Origin: the human T2T-CHM13v2.0 reference genome, Homo sapiens
Direction: 5' to 3' (one strand)
NCBI RefSeq assembly: GCF_009914755.1
Contig: NC_060928.1
Length of the DNA stretch: 64,000 bases
Shown: piece after piece, positions 18,681 to 32,313 of the stretch
How positions within the stretch are numbered: position 1 is the stretch's first letter
How the letters are laid out: every line of letters begins with the position of its first letter
The notes under the pieces: model-generated
What the model was told of the DNA's origin: nothing
Seen by the model: the letters and a program-made list of their open reading frames with translations, nothing else
The model's database searches: none
Made by a program: the position numbers and the translations under genes

Positions 18681-19649
18681 TCAACATTGATACTTACATC
18701 ATGTCTGTTTTTAATTCTCAGAAGTGGTATAAGCAAAAGCACTTTTGGATTCCTATTGAGCAAGCTCCCTCAAAAGCCAAAACTGAAAAATCAATGTACT
18801 GTAAAAGAATAAACAACCCAGTAAACAGAGCATGGGGAAATGGTCATAAGGTTCAAATCTAAAATTAGGAGTGGACTAGTATTGTGAGGCCGATGCATAA
18901 GGAAGGGAGAGTTGGGGTGAGAGGAGGTGCTGGGGGGATGTGAGGAGAACTTGGCTCATGTGCTTATTTCTTTCCTTATTGTGTACTAAGGCTACTAGAG
19001 ATTAGGAGGGATTCTAAAGACCATCTAATCCAATCTTCTTATTTTACAGAGGAGGAAAGTGATGCCTAGAGAAGTTAAAGGACTTGATTGAAAATACAAG
19101 TTAGTTAGGGATCAAGGCGATATTAGAAGCTAGGTTTCTTGGCCCTTCAGAGATCCTCACAGATGTCAAGTTTGGATAGTCAACTCTTGGAAAGGTCATC
19201 TGGTCTATTTTCCTTAGGGAGTAAATAGTTCATAAAGTTAAACCATATTCTGTATTTCAGTTCCTAGTCTGGATTTTCCCCAGTCCTAGTTCTCTAGTTC
19301 TTATTTAGATTTTGTAAATGTCATTGAATTATATTTTTATTGTAAGCTATCTGAAAAAGTTCCATTTGTTCATTAATTTAGCAAATACTTATTGATGACT
19401 TACTATGTGCCAAGCACTGATACAGCAGTAGACAGAATAGATGAATATCTTCACAAACATGCTGTTGACAGTCTGGTGAAATAAAGTGATATGTATATAT
19501 GAATCATCTGTATTTGGGCATAGTAGAGCACAGGAATGCATGAGGTGCTTTTATTTTTCACATTATAGCTAGAGTTGCTGTATCTAGTGACTTGAGAAAT
19601 CCTTTTTTGTGATGGTACTTGTAGCCCTAGAGTCAGTTTTGTAAAAAAT

Positions 19650-21120
19650 ATATTTTAGTTTTACAATGGTATTAGACTTACAGAAAAGTTATAAAGATGA
19701 CACAGAGAGTATCTATATACTCCACACTGAGTTTCACTTTTATTAACATCCTACATTAGTTTGGTGCACCTGTCGCAACTAATGAACCCATACTGATATG
19801 TTATTATTAGCTAAAGTCCATACTTTATTCATGTTTCCTTAGTTTTTCCTAATATTCTTTTTCTGTTCCAGGATACCATATTTAGTCATCATGTCTCCTT
19901 AGTTTCCTCCAGACTGTGACAGTTTCTTAGACTTTCCTTATTTTTGATTACTTTGATAGTTTGAGGAGTACTGTTGAGGTATTTTTTAGAATGTCCTTCA
20001 ACTTGCTTGATTTTTTTTTTCCTTTTTTTTTTTTTTTTTTTTTTGAGACAGGTTCTTGCTCTGTCTCCCAGGCTGGAGGGCAGTGGTGTGATCATAGATC
20101 ACCACAATCTTGAATTCTTGGGCTCAAGCGATCCTCCTACCTTGGCCTCCCAAGTAGGTGGGACTACAGATGCATGCCACCATACTCTACTAATTTGTTT
20201 TTATTTTTAGTAGAGATGAGGTCTCACTATATTGCCCAAATTGGTCTCGAACTCCTGGGCTCAAGAATCCTCCTGCCTTGGCCTCCCAAAGTGCTGGGAT
20301 GACAAGTGTGAGCCATTGCACCTGGCCTGATGTTTTTTTCATGGCCAGATAGGGATTTGAGTGTTTGAGAGGAAGACTATAGAAGTAAAGTACCATTTTT
20401 GTGGCATATAATGGTATATGTTATCTTCATGACTGATAACTCATGATATAATCCTTGCTTACCTGGCTGAGGTAGTATTTGTGTCCACTGTAAAGTTACT
20501 CTTTCACTTCCTTTCCATACTATACTGTTTGGAAGGAAGTCACCATGCATAGTCCACACTTAAGAGATGGAGATGATGGTTATGCTCCACCTCCTTGAGG
20601 GGTAGTATCTACATAAATCGTCATTCTTTTGCCTGGGAAATGTGTTCATTTTCCTCCATTTATTTATTTATTCAATCATTTATATCAATATGTATTCACA
20701 GATATTTATTTTATACTTTGAGTTACAATCCAATACTACATTATTTATTTTGTTGCTCAAATAGTTCCAGCTTTGGCCATTGGGAGCTCTTTCAGTTGGC
20801 TCCTGTGCCCTCCTCTTTGACATACTCTCAACAATGCATTTATTTTAAGTACTTCATTACTTTTTGGCCTACAAGATGCTCCAGGCTCATTTTGTATATT
20901 CCCTACTCCACCCTAGAATGAGCCATTTCTCCAAAGAGCATTGGTTTCTTTTATTAGAGAATGGTATTAGAAACCACAAACTGGAATGCTGGGTGTGCTT
21001 GTTGCTACTGAAGTATCTTTGCTTCTAAGCCCTCTAAGCTTAAGCTGACAGAGCAAGAAATGGTGGTACATACTAGCCTGGGTATATACATGTATTTATA
21101 AATATTTCTATATTTGGCCA
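19650..21120 (-). mobile_element. Old L1MC-like 3' end remnant with an AluJ-like insertion (~20010-20328, -)
   Basis: ttagacttacagaaaagttataaagatgacacagagag motif and other L1MC 3'UTR-like segments; diverged Alu dimer. Confidence 0.65.
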
Positions 21121-21142
21121 TCTGTATCAATATTAATATGAG

Positions 21143-21447
<305 letters not shown>

Positions 21448-22134
21448 ATCTAAATATGAGTTCATTCATACTGATATCTCCAACCTTAATCCATCAATAA
21501 CAAATGAATATTTTAGCAGTCCCCCCCACTTGCTTGTGTGTAACCTGCCACCCCCAACAGTGAGAAACATGGCTCCCGCCATCTCCTGGGATCAGTTTTT
21601 CATTATGTAGAAATATCTCACATAACCTTATTTTCTTTTTGAAATTCCAAAGTAAATTAACTATCCAGACAAAAAACAAACTTTTAAAAGTGTTGATTAT
21701 GCTTTTTCATGCTACATTAGAGTCTGCTCTATTCAAATACTCCCTACAAGGGGTCAAACTGCCAGCACTATCTTTAACATTATTAGCATCATTATCAATA
21801 TCAATAAATGGTTATTGGGCCCCTCTTATAGAACCATAAACTAAGCTGGTTTATGTGGACAGCCTCCAGGGGAACCTTGAGGTGTTGCCCCATCACTAAC
21901 ACATGACAAATTTATATCACTATCATATGTATACATCTACATTTCTTTTTTAGGTTTATACCTTTTAGACCTGAGAATACTTGTTTACTGGCATTATTGT
22001 ATATAACACACTTCCTGGTATTCCAAATAAATTAGTACTTTTTAATTTCTAGTTCTGTGGTTATTAGCATTAGCAAAAAAGAAGGAAAAAAGTTAAATGA
22101 TGTGTCTGTTGCATAGTAGGTGCTCAGTAAATAC

Positions 22135-23095
22135 TGTCTCCATTTGGATGTCTGATATTCCTCTCAAACTCAACACATACAAAACTGAATTATTAACCTT
22201 TTCCTATAAAATCTGTTCCTACTCATAGCCCTCCCCACCGCATTTGATGGCAAGTTTATCATTCTAGAACAGAAACTTCAGTGCCATTCTTAATTCCCCT
22301 GTTTTTCTCATACCATGCAACCAATCCATCAGGAAACCCTATTAAGTCTACCTTCAAAATATGTACAAAAGCAGACACCTCCTTACCATTTCTACTGCTA
22401 CCTCCATGATCTGAACCTTCATTCTCTCTGCCTGTATTACTGAATAACCCTTTAACTGGTCTAAGTCTGCTTTTGGCCCTCTGTAGTCTTGGCAGCGAGA
22501 ATAATCCTACAAAAAGATGTCAGATCATGTTATTTTTCTGCTGAAAAGACTCCAGTGGCTCTCCATTTTCTTAGAATAAGAGCCAAATATTTACAATAGC
22601 CTACAAAACTATGAGGTCTGCCCCCTCTCCCATCCCATTACCTCTCTGATCTCATTTCCTGCTACTCTTCCCACATTGGCCTACTTGCTACCCCTCAAAT
22701 ACTCTGGATATGATCCTGTTGTAAGGCTTTTGCACTGGCTTTTCCTCTGATGGGAATGCTCTTCTCTGATAGCTGGATGGTTAACGCCTTCATCTCCTTC
22801 AAGCATTTGCTCAAATGTCACTTTCTCAATGGAGCCTACTGTGACCATGCTATTTAATATTGCACCTAGCTTCTACCACTCACCATTCCTAGTCCCTCTT
22901 ACCCTGTTCAGGTTTACATTTTTCTAAGTTTTCTTATATTCTAACATAGAATATAATTTATTCACTTAAGCTTATTGCTTATTGTGTGTCTCCCCCAGCT
23001 AGAATTTGAGTGGCATAAAGGCAGGGATCTTGTTCAGTTTTGTTCATTGATGTGTCTTAGATGCCTAGAAGAAAAAAATATATAGATTGAATGAG
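22135..23095 (+). mobile_element. L2 LINE 3' remnant
   Basis: tccatttggatgtct...ctcaaactcaaca, ccagctagaat...ggcagggatcttgt...ttcattgatgtgtc motifs. Confidence 0.7.
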
Positions 23096-25119
23096 TAAGT
23101 GTATTATTTAAACTCTATGCTTCCTGTACCTCTAAATTATTCTTCAATTTTAAAAAAGCAACACATAAACAAAAACTTAATTTGATATAAAGGTATCAAG
23201 TAGATGTAAGGGCAAAAGGTATCCAAAATCTGAAATGTTACCAAAAGCACTGAGTTTTAAATTCCTCATTTGTTAATGAGCATAATAATGTTAAAATATT
23301 GTTGTGACTTTTAAAGTATATGCATAAAAGCAGTCAATAATCATGCATTAAGGGATTTCTCAGCTCTTAGGCCTATATAAAATAAGGCTTTGGAAACAAG
23401 GTACAAGTTGTTATAAGCCCTTAGAAGCCACTTTCTTTGTGGTGGCATTCCTCTGAAGACCCCTTTTTATCCGAAGTTTGAAATGGTGAGCAAACACTGA
23501 TAATAGGAAAACAGTTCTTTAAATATGTTTATAAAGATTAATAAAATTATAATGCACCAGTTTTTAATAGGCACACTGAGATCACAGTCACTGAAGATGA
23601 CTTGGAAACTCAGAATGGAGACAATTGAAAATTGTACATATGTTGCTCTGTTAGACATCTACTTTTCTTGACCACTAAATTTTGGCCCTACTACTCATTT
23701 TTTTAAAAAAATGCAGTTTGTTTTCAAGAGCAAAACAGTTGTTTAGTAAATTTGCATTGCTGAACATTCAGCACAGATGTAAGTTTCCTTCCCTCCACTG
23801 TTTTTTTTCAAAAGTAGAAATAACTTTTGTAATAAATAAATAAGTAAATTAATTAATTAATAAGCTGTGGGTTCTATCATGTATCCACTTAGTCCCTGGT
23901 ACTGTTTCTTTTCTCTGAAATATTAGGAACTGGCTGAAAAGGCAAATGTTATTGGAATAGTTAGTATTCTAGTATGCCAAGCATTGTAGGGAGTGCCAGC
24001 TAGCAAGGTGGGGCATCCGGGAAGCTGATAGAACACCAACAAATGAACATATGACTAAATGCTGTTGTTTAAATTTACCTCTGGGGAATCAGTCTATGAA
24101 GTTCCATGGTGACCTTTCATGTTGTCTTTATGGTTACTATGAATTTTCCTTTCACTCTTTGTTTCCCTTCTGCTTCTATTCTTGATCATAAACCTGGAAT
24201 AGAGAAAAGGGAAGATTTTTTTTTCTTTTATCAGTGGCAATGAAGATGACAGAATAAAGTAACAGGTTAACTTCAGTTCACACGAGAGGGGTACTAAATT
24301 TCACTAGAGGTAGAGTAAAAGTATTGGATTTGGAATATATTGGTCTATATTACTCTAAGTTTAGGTGTTTCACTCTTATCACATTTGAATCTTTATGAAC
24401 AGCACAAGACAGTCCTGTGTTTCACATAGCTGGGTCCTGTCAATGTGTGCTTCTCTGTAAGGCTGTGATTTATTTGCATCATGAAGAATTGAGTTTCTTT
24501 ATGAGTAACGTATTACATAATAGGCAAATTAGTTAAGTTTGTATTTCAGTTTTTAAAAATCCATTTAACAGTGGTCAAAATATTAAAACCAAGTAAATAT
24601 CCAGTAAAATTCTTATCTCTAGAAGATTACAGGATCTAATACCACACCCTTACTTTAGATGGCTGAGACACATTAGTCACTTTTAGTTCTTTCCCAGGCT
24701 TTACTTTACATTTTTGTTATTATGCCAGCTCTTTTCCTTGTTTTGCCAATTAATTTATGTTTTTGTCACAGTTTGTGCCATTGTTTGCCTTATCTTAGAA
24801 CCAAGGAATCTGGGAAAAGGTTCAAGTCTTTTTAATGTGGGCTTTTCCAAACCTGAAGTTTCCTAGATATGAGTATATAGAAATAAACTGGAATGTGGTA
24901 TTAATACAAAACCATATATTTATGTCTCTGTATACATCTTATATTTATGTGTTTAGATAAAATTTACATGTGTTTTCTATATAAGTTTATCATTCGATTG
25001 ATATATATACACATAATTATAATGTAAAAATGATTTTTCCTTTTGAAGTGAATAAATTAATTTTTCCCCTTTGAGGTCAGTAAGTATCTTCAGTGCTACC
25101 CTGTGAAGTTGCTTTTTGA

Positions 25120-25447
<328 letters not shown>

Positions 25448-26318
25448 GAACATTTATCTTAAATAATGTGGTAGCTATTAAATTCCATTACTTGGAGTAT
25501 TATTTCCAGGTCTTTTTGAAAGCCAGCTATCCTTTTTTTTTTTTTTTTGATAAATAGTTGAATTGAAATTAAAAGGCAAAGTCCCTCCCTCCTGAAAGAG
25601 ACTGCCAGAAATCAGTATGATACTTACTTATTCCTCATTGTCTAACAGTGTTTGGAGATTGTTAATCATATGTAATATAATGTTCCAATATTATTTTTGG
25701 CATTATATACCAATAGCTATTTTCTGTACAATAAACTATTCATTATTATCCCTTAAAAAACATTAGCCACTTAAAACTTTTTGTTAAAATTTGGGGAATT
25801 AACTCTTCTTGTGAGTAAAGTATTAACAAACCTCCTTCTGTATGGAAAGATTACAATGGGTTAGCCTTCTACTGCTGCTTCTGATAAAAGTAAAAATGAT
25901 CCCTGATTGGTAACCTACCTTGGGACTGGGAAGAGTGTGGATGGATCATAAATACTGCTGGAAGCTATAGCTTTGGGCTTCCCATAGCATATTTCTTCTT
26001 ACTGGGTATGTCCCTCCTTGTGTTTAACACCTGACCTGTCTGTTTTGGAGCTGGAGAATTGTCTCTGAACTCCTACTGAAGAGACATACTTGATGCTGTC
26101 CTGCTGACATGCTGTGTTCCTGGCCTGCATCCTTCTTCAGAACTAGTCTGTGTCACATTTTGGCCCATTGAATCTTGTTAGTTTGATTGCCCTGCTGAAC
26201 CCAACATCACTGCTGCTGGTTGAGCAGAATAGGCATTATACTATCATAAATATTTAATATGAAAAGTGTAATAATAATAATGATAATAATAACAGGTAAT
26301 TCTTCCTTTATTTTTCAG

Positions 26319-26504
26319 AAATGTGTTACGGATGAGTGTTTCTTTTTTGAACGATTGGAATCTAATAACTACAATACTTACCGGTCAAGGAAATACACCA
26401 GTTGGTATGTGGCACTGAAACGAACTGGGCAGTATAAACTTGGATCCAAAACAGGACCTGGGCAGAAAGCTATACTTTTTCTTCCAATGTCTGCTAAGAG
26501 CTGA
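26319..26504 (+). CDS. FGF2: FGF2 exon 3 coding part (to TGA)
   Basis: tttttcAG acceptor; KCVTDECFFFERLESNNYNTYRSRKYTSWYVALKRTGQYKLGSKTGPGQKAILFLPMSAKS*; phase 0 matches the end of exon 2. Confidence 0.98.
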   Translation, partial: KCVTDECFFFERLESNNYNTYRSRKYTSWYVALKRTGQYKLGSKTGPGQKAILFLPMSAKS

Positions 26505-26769
26505 TTTTAATGGCCACATCTAATCTCATTTCACATGAAAGAAGAAGTATATTTTAGAAATTTGTTAATGAGAGTAAAAGAAAATAAATGTGTATAGCTC
26601 AGTTTGGATAATTGGTCAAACAATTTTTTATCCAGTAGTAAAATATGTAACCATTGTCCCAGTAAAGAAAAATAACAAAAGTTGTAAAATGTATATTCTC
26701 CCTTTTATATTGCATCTGCTGTTACCCAGTGAAGCTTACCTAGAGCAATGATCTTTTTCACGCATTTGC

Positions 26770-26775
26770 TTTATT
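26770..26775 (-). terminator. NUDT6: Probable NUDT6 poly(A) signal (AATAAA on - strand)
   Basis: tttatt on +, ~160 nt past the NUDT6 stop codon. Confidence 0.7.
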
Positions 26776-26935
26776 CGAAAAGAGGCTTTTAAAATGTGCA
26801 TGTTTAGAAACAAAATTTCTTCATGGAAATCATATACATTAGAAAATCACAGTCAGATGTTTAATCAATCCAAAATGTCCACTATTTCTTATGTCATTCG
26901 TTAGTCTACATGTTTCTAAACATATAAATGTGAAT

Positions 26936-27333
26936 TTAATCAATTCCTTTCATAGTTTTATAATTCTCTGGCAGTTCCTTATGATAGAGTTTATAAAACA
27001 GTCCTGTGTAAACTGCTGGAAGTTCTTCCACAGTCAGGTCAATTTTGTCAAACCCTTCTCTGTACCCATACAGCAGCAGCCTAGCAACTCTGCTGGTGAT
27101 GGGAGTTGTATTTTCAGTCTTCGCCAGGTCATTGAGATCCATCCACTCACATCTTAAGCATTCTTCCTGGCAAAAATTTATGGTGAATGAATATGGCTTT
27201 AGGCGGCAGATGATATACATATCTGACTTCCCAAAAGCTCCAGGATTTGTGTGCTGTTGCCGAATACTCAGGACGGACCTGAATTCTGATTTTATACCAG
27301 TCTCTTCAAAAACTTCTCGAACCGCTGTGTCTC
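26936..27333 (-). CDS. NUDT6: NUDT6 (Nudix hydrolase 6, FGF-AS/GFG) exon 5 coding part, 398 nt
   Basis: tttttttacgtAG acceptor; (G)[27 protein letters not shown]...YKTMKGID*; second half of the Nudix box. Confidence 0.97.
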
Positions 27334-28414
27334 CTACGTAAAAAAAGAGATGTACAAATCAATAATAATTACACTTTTAGAAACTGTATCATCAAAGATT
27401 TTCAGTTAAAGTAGCATTATGTAAAGGCTCAAAACATTACCCTAACAAAGTAAAGTTTTCAATACAAATTCTTTGCCTTGTGGATATCAAGAAATCCCAA
27501 AATATTTTCTTACCACTGTAAATTCAAGAAGCTTTTGAAATGCTGAATATTTCTTGGCTGCTACTTGGAGGCTTATCTACCTGTACATTTTTGGGGTCAG
27601 CTCTTTTTAACTTCTTGCTGCTCTTTTTCCCAAAAGGTAAAAATATAGATTGAAAAGTTAAAACATTTTGCATGGCTGCAGTTCCTTTGTTTCTTGAGAT
27701 AAGATTCCAAAGAACTTAGATTCATTTCTTCAACACCGAAATGCTGGAGGTGTTTGATCAGTTTTCAAGAAACTTGGAATATAAATAATTTTATAATTCA
27801 ACAAAGGTTTTCACATTTTATAAGGTTGATTTTTCAATTAAATGCAAATTTGTGTGGCAGGATTTTTATTGCCATTAACATATTTTTGTGGCTGCTTTTT
27901 CTACACATCCAGATGGTCCCTCTAACTGGGCTTTCTCTAATTTTGTGATGTTCTGTCATTGTCTCCCAAAGTATTTAGGAGAAGCCCTTTAAAAAGCTGC
28001 CTTCCTCTACCACTTTGCTGGAAAGCTTCACAATTGTCACAGACAAAGATTTTTGTTCCAATACTCGTTTTGCCTCTATTTTTCTTGTTTGTCAAATAGT
28101 AAATGATATTTGCCCTTGCAGTAATTCTACTGGTGAAAAACATGCAAAGAAGAGGAAGTCACAGAAACATGTCTCAATTCCCATGTGCTGTGACTGTAGA
28201 CTGTCTTACCATAGACTGTCTTACCCATCCCCTGGATATGCTCTTGTTTTTTCCCTCTAATAGCTATGGAAAGATGCATAGAAAGAGTATAATGTTTTAA
28301 AACATAAGGCATTCATCTGCCATTTTTCAATTACATGCTGACTTCCCTTACAATTGAGATTTGCCCATAGGTTAAACATGGTTAGAAACAACTGAAAGCA
28401 TAAAAGAAAAATCT

Positions 28415-28703
28415 AGGCCGGGTGCAGTGGCTCATGCCTATATTCCCTGCACTTTGGGAGGCCAAAGCAGGAGGATCGCTTGAGCCCAGGAGTTCAAGAC
28501 CAACCTGGTGAAACCCCGTCTCTACAAAAAAACACAAAAAATAGCCAGGCATGGTGGCGTGTACATGTGGTCTCAGATACTTGGGAGGCTGAGGTGGGAG
28601 GGTTGATCACTTGAGGCTGAGAGGTCAAGGTTGCAGTGAGCCATAATCGTGCCACTGCAGTCCAGCCTAGGCAACAGAGTGAGACTTTGTCTCAAAAAAA
28701 GAG
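28415..28703 (+). mobile_element. AluJ-like SINE within the FGF2 3'UTR
   Basis: Diverged Alu dimer ggccgggtgcagtggctcatgcc...gtctcaaaaaaa. Confidence 0.9.
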
Positions 28704-28745
28704 AAATTTTCCTTAATAAGAAAAGTAATTTTTACTCTGATGTGC

Positions 28746-28994
28746 AATACATTTGTTATTAAATTTATTATTTAAGATGGTAGCACTAGTCTTAAATTGT
28801 ATAAAATATCCCCTAACATGTTTAAATGTCCATTTTTATTCATTATGCTTTGAAAAATAATTATGGGGAAATACATGTTTGTTATTAAATTTATTATTAA
28901 AGATAGTAGCACTAGTCTTAAATTTGATATAACATCTCCTAACTTGTTTAAATGTCCATTTTTATTCTTTATGTTTGAAAATAAATTATGGGGA
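28746..28994. repeat. Two ~124-nt AU-rich direct repeats in the FGF2 3'UTR
   Basis: aatacat..ttgttattaaatttattatt..agat.gtagcactagtcttaaatt...tgtttaaatgtccatttttattc..aattatgggga twice in tandem. Confidence 0.92.
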
Positions 28995-31730
28995 TCCTAT
29001 TTAGCTCTTAGTACCACTAATCAAAAGTTCGGCATGTAGCTCATGATCTATGCTGTTTCTATGTCGTGGAAGCACCGGATGGGGGTAGTGAGCAAATCTG
29101 CCCTGCTCAGCAGTCACCATAGCAGCTGACTGAAAATCAGCACTGCCTGAGTAGTTTTGATCAGTTTAACTTGAATCACTAACTGACTGAAAATTGAATG
29201 GGCAAATAAGTGCTTTTGTCTCCAGAGTATGCGGGAGACCCTCCCACCTCAAGATGGATATTTCTTCCCCAAGGATTTCAAGATGAATTGAAATTTTTAA
29301 TCAAGATAGTGTGCTTTATTCTGTTGTATTTTTTATTATTTTAATATACTGTAAGCCAAACTGAAATAACATTTGCTGTTTTATAGGTTTGAAGAACATA
29401 GGAAAAACTAAGAGGTTTTGTTTTTATTTTTGCTGATGAAGAGATATGTTTAAATATGTTGTATTGTTTTGTTTAGTTACAGGACAATAATGAAATGGAG
29501 TTTATATTTGTTATTTCTATTTTGTTATATTTAATAATAGAATTAGATTGAAATAAAATATAATGGGAAATAATCTGCAGAATGTGGGTTTTCCTGGTGT
29601 TTCCCTCTGACTCTAGTGCACTGATGATCTCTGATAAGGCTCAGCTGCTTTATAGTTCGCTGGCTAATGCAGCAGATACTCTTCCTGCCAGTGGTAATAC
29701 GATTTTTTAAGAAGGCAGTTTGTCAATTTTAATCTTGTGGATACCTTTATACTCTTAGGGTATTATTTTATACAAAAGCCTTGAGGATTGCATTCTATTT
29801 TCTATATGACCCTCTTGATATTTAAAAAACACTATGGATAACAATTCTTCATTTACCTAGTATTATGAAAGAATGAAGGAGTTCAAACAAATGTGTTTCC
29901 CAGTTAACTAGGGTTTACTGTTTGAGCCAATATAAATGTTTAACTGTTTGTGATGGCAGTATTCCTAAAGTACATTGCATGTTTTCCTAAATACAGAGTT
30001 TAAATAATTTCAGTAATTCTTAGATGATTCAGCTTCATCATTAAGAATATCTTTTGTTTTATGTTGAGTTAGAAATGCCTTCATATAGACATAGTCTTTC
30101 AGACCTCTACTGTCAGTTTTCATTTCTAGCTGCTTTCAGGGTTTTATGAATTTTCAGGCAAAGCTTTAATTTATACTAAGCTTAGGAAGTATGGCTAATG
30201 CCAACGGCAGTTTTTTTCTTCTTAATTCCACATGACTGAGGCATATATGATCTCTGGGTAGGTGAGTTGTTGTGACAACCACAAGCACTTTTTTTTTTTT
30301 TAAAGAAAAAAAGGTAGTGAATTTTTAATCATCTGGACTTTAAGAAGGATTCTGGAGTATACTTAGGCCTGAAATTATATATATTTGGCTTGGAAATGTG
30401 TTTTTCTTCAATTACATCTACAAGTAAGTACAGCTGAAATTCAGAGGACCCATAAGAGTTCACATGAAAAAAATCAATTCATTTGAAAAGGCAAGATGCA
30501 GGAGAGAGGAAGCCTTGCAAACCTGCAGACTGCTTTTTGCCCAATATAGATTGGGTAAGGCTGCAAAACATAAGCTTAATTAGCTCACATGCTCTGCTCT
30601 CACGTGGCACCAGTGGATAGTGTGAGAGAATTAGGCTGTAGAACAAATGGCCTTCTCTTTCAGCATTCACACCACTACAAAATCATCTTTTATATCAACA
30701 GAAGAATAAGCATAAACTAAGCAAAAGGTCAATAAGTACCTGAAACCAAGATTGGCTAGAGATATATCTTAATGCAATCCATTTTCTGATGGATTGTTAC
30801 GAGTTGGCTATATAATGTATGTATGGTATTTTGATTTGTGTAAAAGTTTTAAAAATCAAGCTTTAAGTACATGGACATTTTTAAATAAAATATTTAAAGA
30901 CAATTTAGAAAATTGCCTTAATATCATTGTTGGCTAAATAGAATAGGGGACATGCATATTAAGGAAAAGGTCATGGAGAAATAATATTGGTATCAAACAA
31001 ATACATTGATTTGTCATGATACACATTGAATTTGATGCAATAGTTTAAGGAATAGGTAGGAAAATTTGGTTTCTATTTTTCGATTTCCTGTAAATCAGTG
31101 ACATAAATAATTCTTAGCTTATTTTATATTTCCTTGTCTTAAATACTGAGCTCAGTAAGTTGTGTTAGGGGATTATTTCTCAGTTGAGACTTTCTTATAT
31201 GACATTTTACTATGTTTTGACTTCCTGACTATTAAAAATAAATAGTAGATACAATTTTCATAAAGTGAAGAATTATATAATCACTGCTTTATAACTGACT
31301 TTATTATATTTATTTCAAAGTTCATTTAAAGGCTACTATTCATCCTCTGTGATGGAATGGTCAGGAATTTGTTTTCTCATAGTTTAATTCCAACAACAAT
31401 ATTAGTCGTATCCAAAATAACCTTTAATGCTAAACTTTACTGATGTATATCCAAAGCTTCTCCTTTTCAGACAGATTAATCCAGAAGCAGTCATAAACAG
31501 AAGAATAAGTGGTATGTTCCTAATGATATTATTTCTACTAATGGAATAAACTGTAATATTAGAAATTATGCTGCTAATTATATCAGCTCTGAGGTAATTT
31601 CTGAAATGTTCAGACTCAGTCGGAACAAATTGGAAAATTTAAATTTTTATTCTTAGCTATAAAGCAAGAAAGTAAACACATTAATTTCCTCAACATTTTT
31701 AAGCCAATTAAAAATATAAAAGATACACAC

Positions 31731-31785
31731 CAATATCTTCTTCAGGCTCTGACAGGCCTCCTGGAAACTTCCACATATTTTTCAA
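31731..31785 (-). CDS. NUDT6: NUDT6 exon 4 (55 nt)
   Basis: tactgcAG|TTGAAAAATATGTGG...GATATTG|GTgtgt; [18 protein letters not shown](G); phases fit exons 3 and 5. Confidence 0.96.
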
Positions 31786-32307
31786 CTGCAGTATAAAGTC
31801 AGAAAATAAAGTTAACATAACTTTCACTAACACACACATATGTAGATTTCACAAAATCCACCTATAATTGGTCAAAGTGGTTGAGAATATATTTTTTAGT
31901 AATTGCATGCAAAATTTTTCTAGCTTCCATCCTTTCTCCCTCGTTTCTTCTTTTTTTGGGGGAGCTGGTAACTGATGAAATCTTTTCCCACCTTTTCTCT
32001 TCAGGAAATATAAGTGGTTTTGTTTGGTTAACGTGATACATTCTGTATGAATGAAACATTGGAGGGAAACATCTACTGAATTTCTGTAATTTAAAATATT
32101 TTGCTGCTAGTTAACTATGAACAGATAGAAGAATCTTACAGATGCTGCTATAAATAAGTAGAAAATATAAATTTCATCACTAAAATATGCTATTTTAAAA
32201 TCTATTTCCTATATTGTATTTCTAATCAGATGTATTACTCTTATTATTTCTATTGTATGTGTTAATGATTTTATGTAAAAATGTAATTGCTTTTCATGAG
32301 TAGTATG

Positions 32308-32313
32308 AATAAA
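32308..32313 (+). terminator. FGF2: FGF2 distal poly(A) signal AATAAA
   Basis: AATAAA followed by GT/T-rich downstream elements. Confidence 0.8.

Noticed and set aside
26259-26318. N-terminal extension of the FGF2 exon 3 ORF; upstream CAG at 26293-26295
   Set aside because: Intronic (AAT)n microsatellite; the alternative AG lacks a pyrimidine tract and would add 23 nt out of frame
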